Positions 40,741 through 53,302 of a stretch of DNA of 64,000 nt are shown one piece after another. Position 1 is the first letter of the stretch. Every line of letters starts with the position of its first letter. The translations under genes were made by a program, and so were the position numbers. The notes beneath the pieces were generated by a model. The model did no database searches. It saw nothing but the letters and a program-made list of their open reading frames with translations, and was not told the DNA's origin. Origin of the DNA: Pocillopora damicornis (Eukaryota); the NCBI RefSeq assembly GCF_003704095.1, contig NW_020845264.1, forward strand, positions 1,612,001 to 1,676,000, in the 5' to 3' direction.

Positions 40741-42558
40741 ATTGTTTTTGAAAGTACCGACTCGTGGGATACTCTGGGTATGTTTACGTGAACAAAGATT
40801 TAATTTTACAACTCGTCGCGTGTGAAATTATGATTTCATTGATTTTAAAGAGACAAGAAGAAGTCTTAAGTACAACTCTTCTTTTTCTTGCGGAGATTTT
40901 TGTTTCAACAAGAAAGTGTTTTCTCATTTCCTTTTGTATGCGCAAATTTCCGTCAGTCAATACTGGACCACAAAGTTACACGAACAAGCTTCTGTCTTCA
41001 ACCCAGTGTAATTTTTCACTAGATTTCAGTCGTAAACAGAATAACAAAGCTAATTTATCTCGAAGTCTTTTTAGATTTTTTTCAAAGTTGTTACACTTTT
41101 TCATACTAAGAATATTTGAATGGAAAAAAATCGAAGGGAAAGGTCATGCAAGAACTAACCACATTTCTAACAACACAAGAAATCTAAGCTACTTACTGTA
41201 ATAAGATTGTTTTTATCTATTCAATTACTATGTCTAAAAAATACTCGAGACGATAATTATTTAAGGAGGCTCTCCGGCTTTCAAAACACAAACCGCAAAA
41301 GGAACGCGCATACAATCTTCAGTAAATAATACTGACTAATTTGGAAGGACCTTGGAAAGATGTTTATATTAATGCGGTTTGTGTGGAGTTATTAGAATGT
41401 GCTGTATACATTTCAAATGGACTTTTTTTTTATTTATCATCTTAGTTTCATCTAGATCTGGTCAGCTAGCGTAGTTTAACCTTTAAGGCTTTCAATTGAT
41501 TAAATAAACCTTGACAAAACTTTCATTAAGAATTTCTGTTCCACTTAATGTGGGCCTTGTAACAGAATGCATAAGAATTCAATCCTTTACACTCTGAAGA
41601 ATTCTTAGTTCGTATTTTAAATGCTTTACTAAGTTAATGAGCAGAGAATGGAAAAAAAAGTGATAAAAAGTTTCGGATATTTAAGGTGATGCACAAAACT
41701 GGGCTTAGCTTGAGTTGGTATTGTGATATTTGGCAATTGCGCAAAATCACTCCTCGACCTAGTTGGTTACAAACTGAAAGGAATTCCTACTGATGAATAT
41801 TTCATTTTCAAATCTTTTGTAGACATAAAAAAACAAGAATTATTTTAGTCTTGTTTTCCGTCGGAGTTCAGGATTTGTTTGTACTTATTCCAAATACTTA
41901 CATTGTCTGACAATGTCTGCGTTTTCATTGAGATTTTAGATCAAGTGCAGTGACGCACATCTTTTACTATTGGTTCCCAACTCGTTAGTTAGAAAAGTTT
42001 TGCATTTGTGTTTTTATTTGATGTAATTTGAACAAAACAAGAACTGCTCAAGAAGCTTAAAGCGAGCTCCTGTGCTGTCTGAGCCGCTTAAAAACCGTTG
42101 TTTTGAGGCTCTAGTTTGAAATCAGGCGCTTATAGATAGGGTTAAGTGCAATTGACACTTTGTTTGTAGCGTTTCAACAGCATTAGTGTTGGAAGATTCT
42201 CTCAATCGGCGGTGCAAATTAAAAACTGCTTTTTGTGTTTCCGAAAGAAGTTAATTAGCATTTTGAACAGCGATCGTTCAGATCACACATGAATAAATTA
42301 TAAGGTTTCATCTGCATTGAAACTACATACAATACAGGTGATTCACGAGAAACTGACAAAACGTTCTCTGCACGAAGCAACGTGCAAAGTTCGTCGCGCT
42401 GACTCAACTTTATGGCAGCAACTCCTTCGCGGTTTGAAGCCGGCACGTAACGAGAAGTGAAGTAGCATAGCGTTGATATTTTTTTTTATGTGAATCAAGA
42501 ATCCATCCTAAATGTAATTAGTTTTGTGATCTTCTCCGCTGGCTTAATTTATCGACAA

Positions 42559-45500
42559 ATGAACTTAACTCCGTACTCAGAAGTACTGGTGTTTCTCCTC
42601 ATTTCTTTTGCTGGAGTTTCCCATGCAAACCGCTTCAAGACACGACACAGAAAAATAGACGGGCTTGCCAAATTAAAAGGTTGGTTTCCCGTTTTTATTT
42701 GCCGTGAAATCGTGCACTGTTCCTGTTAATGTTTTTGATGCACGCTTTGGCAACCAAAATGCGCGCTAAAACAAGTATTCGAAAAAATTATAATATAAGT
42801 TAATATATCGACCGCTTCTTTTCTCGCATGCAGTTTATAAAGGTTTATTTTACTCCATCTTTTTCAGAAGTACATTTTGTGTTTTTAAAATCTTGTTACG
42901 AGCTGAAAGAAATTTTGCAAAGACGGCACAAAGGGAAGTGTTAATTTTTTTATTTCACAAATTCAAATCCGCCGTATTTTATGTTTCATTAAACGTGTTT
43001 CAAATGTTTCAAAATTTACAATGTAAATTTTCTTTCCAATCGCAAGTAGTGATTGTTTTATTATTTTTCCCTTAAAAAGAATCATTTTAACATCCTTTAA
43101 TCGAGAATGGACATTCACCGTTTCTCGACTTTGAATTAATTTCTTTGGACCGCAATTTTTAAGATTAGACACAATTTTCATTGCTCGCCCCATACAACAT
43201 GTTTTCCTTATTTTGCTTTCTTCTAAGATTTGTGTACTTTCAAAATAATTTGTGCTAGTTGTCCGAAATATTTTTTTTTCCGCGCTAAAAATAAATTTTC
43301 GTTTGATGCATGAGAATAGCAGTGATTACCTTTTTATCGAAGGACGTTTACCATGTGGTAAATTTGTTCATGTTGTGAATTGAAAGTATATATACGATTC
43401 GGCCGCCTGCTCCGACTTCCTTATTTTTGTTTGCTTTCGGTTATAAAAGCATGAATAGAAGCACTCGAGATTTCTCATTTAAATGGTCTGTCCAACGCGA
43501 TTCATCCTTCGCTGCTCAGGTCAAATTCGAATAAGCTTCGTGAGCAATGATTAACGGACTGTGGTATTTTTATTTTCCAACTTTTCATAAGCAAAATGAA
43601 GTACGCCTTTATTCGTAGGCGAAAGTAAAGAAAAGGAACTGATTACCACCCAAGTCTAAGTTTAACTTCACTGTACGCTCTTGTTTTTAGTTGATAATGA
43701 GCTTAACTCACAATAATTCCGTATCGGACAGAATGCGTATGTACCAGTCGGTGTGGAAATTTTAAACATGGTTAATTTGCTTTCATAGTTATCGATCACT
43801 TGCAAGCAAATAACAGGATGTGTCAAGAAACTTCAAAAATGTTTACCAAAATAACGAAAATCCGCTTGGCTTGTTTATCAGTGCTAATAAATAAATCAAA
43901 AGGAAAATCTGTGATGGTTAATCTCTTCAGTTTCACCAGAAGCTATTTTAAGGAAATCCTGTGATGGTTAATCTCTTCAGTTTCACCAGAAGCTATTTTT
44001 AAATCGATCGTTGTCTGCCAGATAATCGTGCCACGTTGCATTCGTTCACCTTACACCGAGCAGTGTAAGGCAATCTTTTGAAATAAAACATCTGAAGATT
44101 TGAATAGGACTGGATAACAAAACAATTCATTAGAAAATTCAAGCAAAGTTGGACAAAAAGGAACGTAAAAATCCGGGATGGTCTCTGAGTTGTGGAGTAA
44201 GATTTTAGCTAGGGGGCGGGGCTGCGTTTCTGTTCAATTTTCAAGGAGTCTTTTGCTCGATAGGTTAAATGTTCCAAGCATTTTATCATCAGTTGTGGTA
44301 TAAATTTTACATTCGTTATTAATGACAAATTTCGGACAATGCACTGATATTAATATTTTCCGTCCTCAATCAGATTTCCAAGTTCTCTGTTCATAGTTGC
44401 CGGCCCACAAGCCGTTCCCAGGTTGCGTTCTACGTTCCCGATTTCCTGTTCCTCTTTTTTCCATGTCAAATAATCGATCTTCTCGATTCCATTTTCCTAT
44501 TTTCCTTACCCATTTGTCATACCATTGTTTCCATTTTTGGACTGGCTTTACATTTAGTTGCCTCTGAGGGTAGACTTTGATTCAAATCCTGATCCTAGTT
44601 GGATTTGATATTTCACTGTCATTGAATACGAGATTGTAAGAATTTGCAAAACCGAAGCGTCTCGAAAACCTTCGTCAAAATTTTTCAAGCTCGCAATCCG
44701 AGCTAATCTTCTGTATCCATATTTCATCTTTGCGCTATCTTGGTTTTTGCTTTCCTTTTTAATGTTTGGCTAACTTACCGTAGTAATATTCTGTAGTTAT
44801 CCTCAGAATAAGGCAATTTGTGTGTATTTAGAAAACTGCACGGAAACCGGTGAAGAAAGGAGGGTATCACAAGGATTCATTGAGAAATCAAAGATGAGAG
44901 TTGGAGCCGGTGAAGTACGCGGGAAAACGCGGATAACCATGTCGCGATAGGTTATAGTCTTAGTTCTGATTGGTCGGGAGGGTGACGAGAGGTTTCTTGA
45001 CCAATCAGAGAGCGAAGTAAAGCAAAACCAATGCAATAAAGGGTCGACACTCCATTTAAAAACTGCTTTGAGACTAAACAAAAGCAGTGTTGGTGACTTA
45101 CCGTGAGTTAGAGCGAAAAGATACCTTACGTGTTGCTCTATGCAATCCTTAGGTGGACTATTTCCCGAAGCAACGCATTATTTGCCATTCAGTGACGTTT
45201 CTCAGGATAAAAGGGTGAAGGATTTACGAGGAAACATCACCGGTGATGTTAACAATGGAGCGAAGCAGTCAACCGATGATCAAATTGGAGAAGTACTGGC
45301 ACTAGATGGTGAGGATGACTTCATCGAACTGACGGGTTTCAAAGAGAAATGCATTGTGGACCCTTCTTCTTGCAAAGAAGGTTTGTCGGTGGCATTTTGG
45401 ATAAAATACATCAAAGGTAAGAATCCTTAAATGGTATGGTCCGCGTAGTAGTGTTTTCTGTGTCTATTTATCCAAATGAGCAGGAGTTGAGCAAAGGCAT

Positions 45501-48442
45501 GCTGGGGAAGGAAGACAAAAACTTGACTCAGGGGGGAGGGGCAAATGGAAATGATAGTAATGGTGTTGAAAGGCATTTGCTCTCTCACATAAGAAAAGGT
45601 TGTAAAATTATTGTCTGACAGAATATATAATATTTTTCATACTCTTTGAGTAGTAAAATTTGTTTTGGTCCACGATCGAGAACAATGCTCCCCCTTCTTA
45701 GATTTATCCAGACTACCGCACAAAACTCATTCGTGTTAGGTTCTCGTTAGCAAAATGGATGTCACTTTTGTTTTTTTGTTCATTTGTTGTTCGTCGCCAT
45801 CTTCGTTTGTTTGTTTGTGTGAAGGCTTTTTTCGGTTTTTCCGCTGTGTCCATTTATCCAACTTTGATTCGTAGGTTCGTCAAGCTGCTCTCATTTTTAT
45901 TAGTTTGTCCTTCTGTTCGTTTATTTGTTTGTTCTTGAGTTCGTCAGTTCCTGAGTTCGTCTGTTCCTGAGTTCGTCAGTTCCTGAGTTCGTCAGTTCCT
46001 GAGTTTGTCAGTTCCTGAGTTCGTCAGTTCCTGAGTTCGTCAGTTCTTGAGTTCGTCAGTTCTTGAGTTCGTCAAATCTTGAGTTCGTCAAATCGGCAGC
46101 TCGTCAGTTCGTCAGCTCGTCATATCGTCATTTCGTCAGTTCGTCAGTTCGTCAGTTCGTCAGTTCGTCAGTTCGTCAGTTCGTCAGTTCGTCAGTTCGT
46201 CAGTTCGTCAGTTCGTCAGTTCGTCAGTTCGTCAGTTCGTCAGTTCGTCAGTTCGTCACTTCGTCACTTCGTCAGTTCGTCATCTTGTCACTTCGTAAGT
46301 TCGTCAGTTCGTCATTTCGTCAGTAAGTCACTTCGTCAGATTGTCTGCTCGTCAGTCTGTCAGTTTGTTCGGCAGTGCGTATGTTCGTTGCTGAGGCAGT
46401 TCGACATTTTCGTTTGTCGGTTAGTCGGGTTCAAAGGAAATCTTTGTGAATTCCTACATTTGATTTTCATTCGATTCTATTCCTTCAGTTTTTTTTTCAT
46501 TGTAGGTGAATTCATCATTTCAAGTGGACATTACACCTTAAGTTCGCTCGGCCCAGGCTACCGCTTAATTTGTGAAAACTGTGGACCCCACTTGACGTCG
46601 TCAAGAAGATTTGTTCTGGAACTTTCCAACCATTCGCACAGGTGGAGAATACTTCTCGACTCTCTTCCCAAATGGTGGTTTCATTTCGCCTTTACTTGGA
46701 GTCGAGAGCATGGTCTGAAGTTCTACAAGAATGGTAAATTAGCCGTGAAGAGCCAAAAGCCGGATTTTTTAAGGAATGAAAGAAATGCTAAAGACAAAAT
46801 GACTATTGGAAAACCCAACTCCTTGACTAAGATTTACTCGTATGGAGGGTTCAGCATCGGGCACTTTACTATTTGGTCATACGAGTTGTCTTGGGATAAT
46901 GTTGAATTGGCTTTTTTGTCTACTCTAACGGAGACAACGTCTTCAATAAAATGCTGTCATGAAATGAAAGGTAATTTGTGAAGAAAACCTATCTACCTAA
47001 GACTATTCGAATTGACCGATGGAATGATTGACATGCTGACAGACCAACAGACTGACGGACTGACCGACTGACAAATAGACAGATTGACAGACTGAGACAG
47101 ACTAATGAGGAATGAGACAGAATTAAGACAGATTAACAGATGACTGATTCACCAACTGAATGATTGACTGACTCACCCATGCAACCACTTACCCACTGAC
47201 TCACTCACCCACGCGTCCTCTTACCCATTTACTCGCACATCCACTCACCCACTCGCGCACTCACCCACTCGCGCACTCACCCACTTACGCATTCATTCAC
47301 TAACCCACTCACCCTCCAACTCACTCACTCTCGCATCCACTCACCCACGCATCCAATCACTCACTCACCCACTTACCCACTTATGCACTACCCTCTCACT
47401 CTCTCACCCTCTAACCCACTCACCCACTCACCCACTCACCCACGCATCCACGCATCCACTCACCCACTCACCCACTTACCCACTCACCCACTTATACACT
47501 CACCCACTTATACACTCACCCTCTTGCCCACTCACCCATTCACCCACTTACCCACGCATCCACTCACCCACTCACTCACTCACCCACTCACCCACTCACC
47601 CACTCACTCACTTCCTCACACACTCACTCGCTCACAGTCCGAAAACAGACGGCGGCTGACTTGGTCCATTGTTTCCTAACAAAGTAATGAAAGAAATCAT
47701 AATTTCTAGCTTAGTTGAAACATTTACATTTTAGATATCTTAACGGGTCATCCCTTTGTTTCCATAGCTGATCCTTGCGTAAAGAATCCTTGTCACAATG
47801 GTGCAACTTGTCAGCGGTTGGAAGACACATATAAATGTATCTGCCCGGGCATCAGCCTGAACGGAATCTGCCCGCTTGCTCCTGGTAACCAGTTTTTATA
47901 GGCATTTTTATTACCTATTGTTGACAGGGGACATGGAGTTTATTGGTTTTCACGTTGGACTCTGGATCGAGATTTCCGGCTTTGAGCCCAAATCGGGTCA
48001 CTGTGTTGCGTTCTTTGATAGGTCACTCTCCTTTCACAAAATCCCTTTCCATTCTGGAGTATTTATGGATTCCGGTAAAATGTGCCTCAAATTGTTGGGA
48101 AGGGGGGAGGAGGGAGGAGGGGAGAAGAATGGTTTCTGTGATAATCTGCAAGGGAGTTGAAGTTTCTCTATGCAACTTTGCCCAAATGTCAATTCTCCTC
48201 GCTCTGTAATGGGCATTTTCTGCGCTCTTTGTAATGCAATTATCTCGTGCGCACTTCTCCCAAGAAAAGTTACACTGGAATGATCGACGTTTATAACTGG
48301 AGTGATTCCTTTGGTTTCCTTTCAGTGCCTTGTGAAGACAAAATCGCTCATTGTTCCCAGTTCGTTCAACAAGATGGATACTGTAAGAACCACAGAAGAA
48401 AAATGAGGAGCATATGTCCAAAAGCCTGCAACTTTTGTAATG
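42559..48442 (+). CDS. Ectodomain unit B: signal peptide - LamG/concanavalin-like jellyroll - EGF - ShKT (paralogous to unit A)
   Basis: All phase-1 exons: 42559-42679 (MNLTPYSEVLVFLLISFAGVSHA-NRFK..), 45153-45416 (ATHYLPF..VLALDGEDDFIEL..CIVDPSSCKEGLSVAFWIK), 46506-46970 (WFHFAFTW..GLKFYKNG..FTIWSYELS..CCHEMK), 47768-47884 (DPCVKNPCHNGATC...YKCICP...C), 48326-48442 (CEDKIAHC..GYC..ICPKACNFC). Ends at a GTGAGT donor. Confidence 0.87.
43905..44000. repeat. ~50-bp tandem duplication
   Basis: CTGTGATGGTTAATCTCTTCAGTTTCACCAGAAGCTATTTT occurs twice back-to-back. Confidence 0.9.
45935..46345. repeat. Intronic minisatellite: 16-mer (GAGTTCGTCAGTTCCT)n grading into 8-mer (GTTCGTCA)n
   Basis: Directly visible; accounts for the spurious SSSVRQFV ORFs. 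Confidence 0.95.
47030..47640. repeat. Intronic degenerate 4/8-mer microsatellite (GACA/GACT, then CACTCACC)
   Basis: Directly visible; accounts for the spurious THPL/THSP ORF. Confidence 0.95.
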
Positions 48443-49193
48443 GTGAGTACAGGCTCTAAGTAGAAGTGTACTCGCGTACTTTGCGTGCGAGAGATCAAAC
48501 ACTTGGGAGAGAACTTCTTCTGTCTCCCTTGTGAATTATCCAAAACTACGGCACGAATACGACAAATATTGCAAGAGCTTTCACTATGTACAGGAGTATC
48601 CTGGGTCTTTACTTAAGTCGCACTTCTGTTTCACTCCTATACTAAAACCATGGACTCGCTTTATTTTCCTGAAATTCTCTTAAAAGGGGTCAAATAACTG
48701 ACTGTATTGATTCGATTTAACCGTCCTCGTTCCAATGAGTGCCCCCTCTCTGATAAGCGCCCCTCTCATTCCAATAAGCGCCTTTATTCTGTTTCAGTGA
48801 TAGCACTGCTAGAGTAAATGTACCTTGAGATCAACCAAGTTTCATCTTCCTTTAAGCCACTCACTTTGAGCCTCGTTACAAAAACAATGGACTTCGTCAC
48901 ATTCTTTCAACTGTTCTGTCCACGTGAACGCACAGTTCCTTCAAATGAATGATCTCTCTTAAAATTTTGTAACGATCGCTTGGTTGGTCGCTCTAGCAAG
49001 GAAGAGTCCAGGGACAACAAGTCCGTTTTCCAGTCCTATTGATCCTTTTCAAATAAACATCAGAGCTTTTCCCGCACTTTCTGCTGTTCCTCANNNNNNN
49101 NNNNNNNNNNNNNNNNNNNNNNNNNNNNNNNNNNNNNNNNNNNNNNNNNNNNNNNNNNNNNNNNNNNNNNNNNNNNNNNNNNNNNNNNNNNNN

Positions 49194-49320
49194 GAATTGG
49201 AAAATTGGAATTGGAAAATTGGAATTGGAAAATTGGAAAATTGGAATTGGGAAAGTGGGAGACTGGGAAATTGGGAAATGGAATTGTGACGTGGAATTGG
49301 GCAATAGAATTGGGAGATGC
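49194..49320. repeat. (AATTGG/AAATTGGA)n simple repeat next to an assembly gap
   Basis: Directly visible. Confidence 0.9.
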
Positions 49321-52300
49321 TGAAGACTTCAGCTTTAAAATGTCAAAATTCATCGTTTAGAATTAATGTTTAGAATTAGTTGTGTACCCTATGTATAGTG
49401 AATGAGTTTTAATTTTGTTTTGAGAAACGTTGTCTCTGGCTTGATAGGGAAACGTTTGCAAAGATTTTTAAGGTAGATGTGAACCTTTGTCATCTTAACT
49501 GAGTTTGTAAAAGAGGGGGTAATTTCAGGACGAATGATTTGCTTCGTTTTATCTCAAATTTGTGCCAGAATCGAGCTGAAAAGTCTGTGGCTAAACTTAA
49601 GTTTTCGTCATAATTAAGATGCATGTTGAGTAATCCTAATGTATGTTTTGACGTCTAACCGCTGACTAACAAACCCTGCTTGTCACTTACCGACTAACTT
49701 TCTGTCCGGGAGGGACTGTCATCAGAAAAAAAAATCGTCCCTTTCGCCTCACTGCTTGCGTTTCCAATCTACCAGATCAGTTCCGAAACTTTCATCATCC
49801 CAGGCTTTTATTTTGATACACTCCATAGAAAATTTCGTAAAATTCTTTACCACACTGATTTGTGTTCTCAGCGCATGTTCGCCTTCTCTCTCGATTCCAT
49901 ATCAAGCCAGGGATGGCGTGAAATTCCGTCCCTATTCCACCCCCTCAGTCCACGTTTGTCACATTTCACTGTGACACTGGCCCCTAAAGTCCTTGCTGTC
50001 ACGTGACGCTTCTAAACATTAAATAGTAATCCCAATTTCACGTCATTTATTTTTGTTTGGTTTTGTGTTATCGACTGTTTTGTTCCATCACGTTTGTTTG
50101 TCAGTTTCTATTGTTTATTGTATATGACAGTCCTTCACACAGTAACATGACATTCACTACTCAACTCCGCTCTTACTTCTGCAGTGATTACTCATTTTCA
50201 ATCAAAAACCTGTGCGGTTTTCAGTCACAGCTTTTTTTTCTGCAGTGCACGTTATACATATTTGGAGGTGAATTCTTCTTCAAACTCCTTCTCTTCTTCT
50301 TTTCGTTCAGCTTCTTCCTTGTTATCCCCTCCTCATTCATTTCATCCGCTTTTCGTTATGCTCGCTTTTTGTCTTCTCTTTTTCTTCTTCCTCCGCCTTT
50401 TCTTCTTTTGCACCAATTCTTTCTCGTTCTCATATTTTCTATCTCCTTCAGGCGCTCATTTTTCCACTTCTTTTAATTTCTTTGTCATGAAGATACATTT
50501 ACCATTGCTTTCCCTCTTTCCCTCCTCTAATCTGCTCTTCTCTTTACGTTTCTTTTCATTGTGAACACTTCTGTCTCGTTTATATTCTCTCTCTTTCCTT
50601 TCCTTACCCTCTCTATGCATATTTTCTTTTATTTTCGTAAGTTTCTTTTCATCTCTTGATTGATAAATCTTGCTTACCTCTTTTTCCTTTGCCTTCGCCG
50701 TCTTCATTTTTCCTCGTCCTACTTGAAAAAGTGTGATCCTACATGTAACTCTGTAAATCTTACAACAGCGCGGCTTCAACTCACGTCACTGAAATTTTCA
50801 TCACGAACGTCGATCACAAGCGGTTTTTTTCGTATAAATATGTTACCTTCAGGCGCAGAGGAATCACATCTGAATACACGACAGAGAACGCAAACAAACT
50901 TTTTTTCACAAAATCCAAGCTATAAATACTATTTAATTGAAGATCCATTTAAGAGTAGGAGGTTTTTTCAACCTTTATTTCGCCCTATCGAAAATGCACG
51001 CTCTTGAATTGTTCAGAAACTGAATATACCATACACGGTAACAGAAAATCGTGCAGCTGCTGCATATTACGTTGCAGGACTATAAAATTTGTCAAATGCA
51101 AGTTGTATGGCACACTTTAGATTTAATTAATTCAACCTAAAAATTTTAGAGAAAGAGTGTCAAACCTTCAATAAAACGTACAGTGTATGCTCACTCCTGC
51201 AAAATCGCCATTAGAACTTGAGTTTTTGATACGAAGATAGACGTAACGAGTGTGTGTGGCTATGGCTAGATTCGCAAGCTCGAAATTCATTACAAATCTT
51301 ATGAAGCGCCTTCTGGTCTTCGTTAATTCATTTCTTTCAGTTTCGAGTTAACAATCGGTTTCGTAATCTTGTTTTCCAATATTCTTTAAATTCTGCGTGT
51401 AATTTCTTAGTCTATGAAATATCTTTTTGTAATCAGATATAATTACTAAGAATTGTTCGCTGTGAATTTATTGTTTTGTCTAGAACTTGCAAAAGCCGCA
51501 AAATAAATTTTCCAAACGAACGGTTCTCTTTAGAAATAAATAGAAGATCAAAAATTGTGTCCTGAATTTCGGTGAATTTCGATACTTTAAGATATAAATA
51601 GTACATTTTACTAGTTTATTGTTTCAAACGTTTATTTATTTTTTCTTTTTTCTTTCGTTTTCGTAAAGTTTTCTCACACCTTTTCACTTCTTTTCAAATA
51701 CTCTACAATGTGTTGCATTAAAGCAATCAAATTAGACGTTATAGTGGTTGTGCTATTCTATCAGTGAATCTTTTGTTACCAAAATAGAACATTTCATATT
51801 TCCATTAGTAGAAGTGTAAGAATCAATTACTGCATCTCGCAAAAGTTTAAGAGACAAATTCTTAAAGCACACGATCCAATTTAGATAGGGGAATAGACTC
51901 GAGGTTTTAGAGGTATGCATCGAGAAAAAATTACAATTTAAATGAAACAGATTGCCCAGTTGAGCCAAAATTGATGGGCTGTCGCCGTGCGGATAATTTA
52001 CGAGTAGCATATTTTGGTCACGAACAACCCTTATCTCTCCGAAATGTTCTTAAATTCTGTTATTTAGATCTTGGAGATTTCCTCGCTAAATGGATGCTTT
52101 CAAAGTTGAATTTTAAACAACAAAACCCTAAGGGCTCGGTAAAAAATAAATTACTAGTTTTAGGAAATATATTTCAGTTTCTACTTGATGTCGGGCCCTA
52201 GGAAATGAGCTAAAAAAATTAGCCGCTGTCAATACTCGAAAAGAAAAGAAATTTTAATCGGAATTTTAAACCATGACGGCTAAGAAAACTCATGCGATGA

Positions 52301-53302
52301 GGGTATCCTTCGACAAATTTATTTTAAAATGACAAAAAATTGAAATGTCAGTTCAAAATGTTTACAAATGAGACGAGTAAATTTATTCCTAAATCCCTAA
52401 TGTTGTTTCGTGCACCATGTATGAAGAAAAGAAAGACGAAATTGCTTTCCTGTAATTTTCAATGAAATTTGTCGACAATTTGCCTTCTTATGTTCTGATA
52501 ATGTGATAATAACTCATGGCGAATTTAAATAAACTAATATTATGAAAATAGATTTTAATTACATCGGGAGTTCCACGAAAAGATCTAAATGCATTTTTAA
52601 AAAGGATTTAAACGAAGTAGAAATTTGTCAAAATAGGGTCATTCTGCTATCTCCCAGAGAGAATCTTTCAACTTATTGTTTTGTTTGCGAGTTCTTAAAG
52701 GAATTTTTACCGAATGATAGCAACAAATTCGTTTTCTAAGTTGTGAAAGAGTATCCGCCCTCGCGTTTGGCATAAAGAAAAACTGAATATTTAATAAAAC
52801 TAGTAAATCATTTTTTTTCGAATTTCCGCATGTATATTTGTCTTGTTTTTCCGGTCCGTGTGGTTTCTTGTTTGGTTATAAAACTCCATTATCTCTGCAG
52901 CAATCACAATTAAGAGATTTTATTGGCAGGGAGAAAAACGCTGAAGGCAACTAAAATCACAAGATGAAAATTACTTCGATGTGAAATGCAGTCGTAATCA
53001 AGGGAGCTGTTTCGATGTCGCGAAGCATGTTATTGGTCAAAATGAAGTCGCCACCTGTTCTAAGAATTAGTCGTGTCAATCAGTATTGTTTACTTTCCAG
53101 TGTGTTTGAATAAGAGGAGACGGTTAATAACTCGATATTGTGTTGGCAGTGTTTTTCTGTGCTAAAGTTCAGCTATTGTATCATTTTTCGCGGCGGGTGA
53201 ATTGCACCGGTTTTCAATGAAGAGCTAGAGTGTGTACTTTCACGCAAATTTGGTGTCAACGAAAAGTTAAGAATGTTGAAGTAAGCAGCAAGATACTTGG
53301 AT

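Noticed and set aside
46063-46500. ORFs with SSSVRQFV repeats, including the N-terminal half of the 300-aa ORF 46079-46981
   Set aside because: Translation of the (GTTCGTCA)n intronic satellite; the real exon starts at the acceptor before 46506.
47383-47679. His/Thr/Pro-rich 98-aa ORF
   Set aside because: Translation of the CACTCACC microsatellite.
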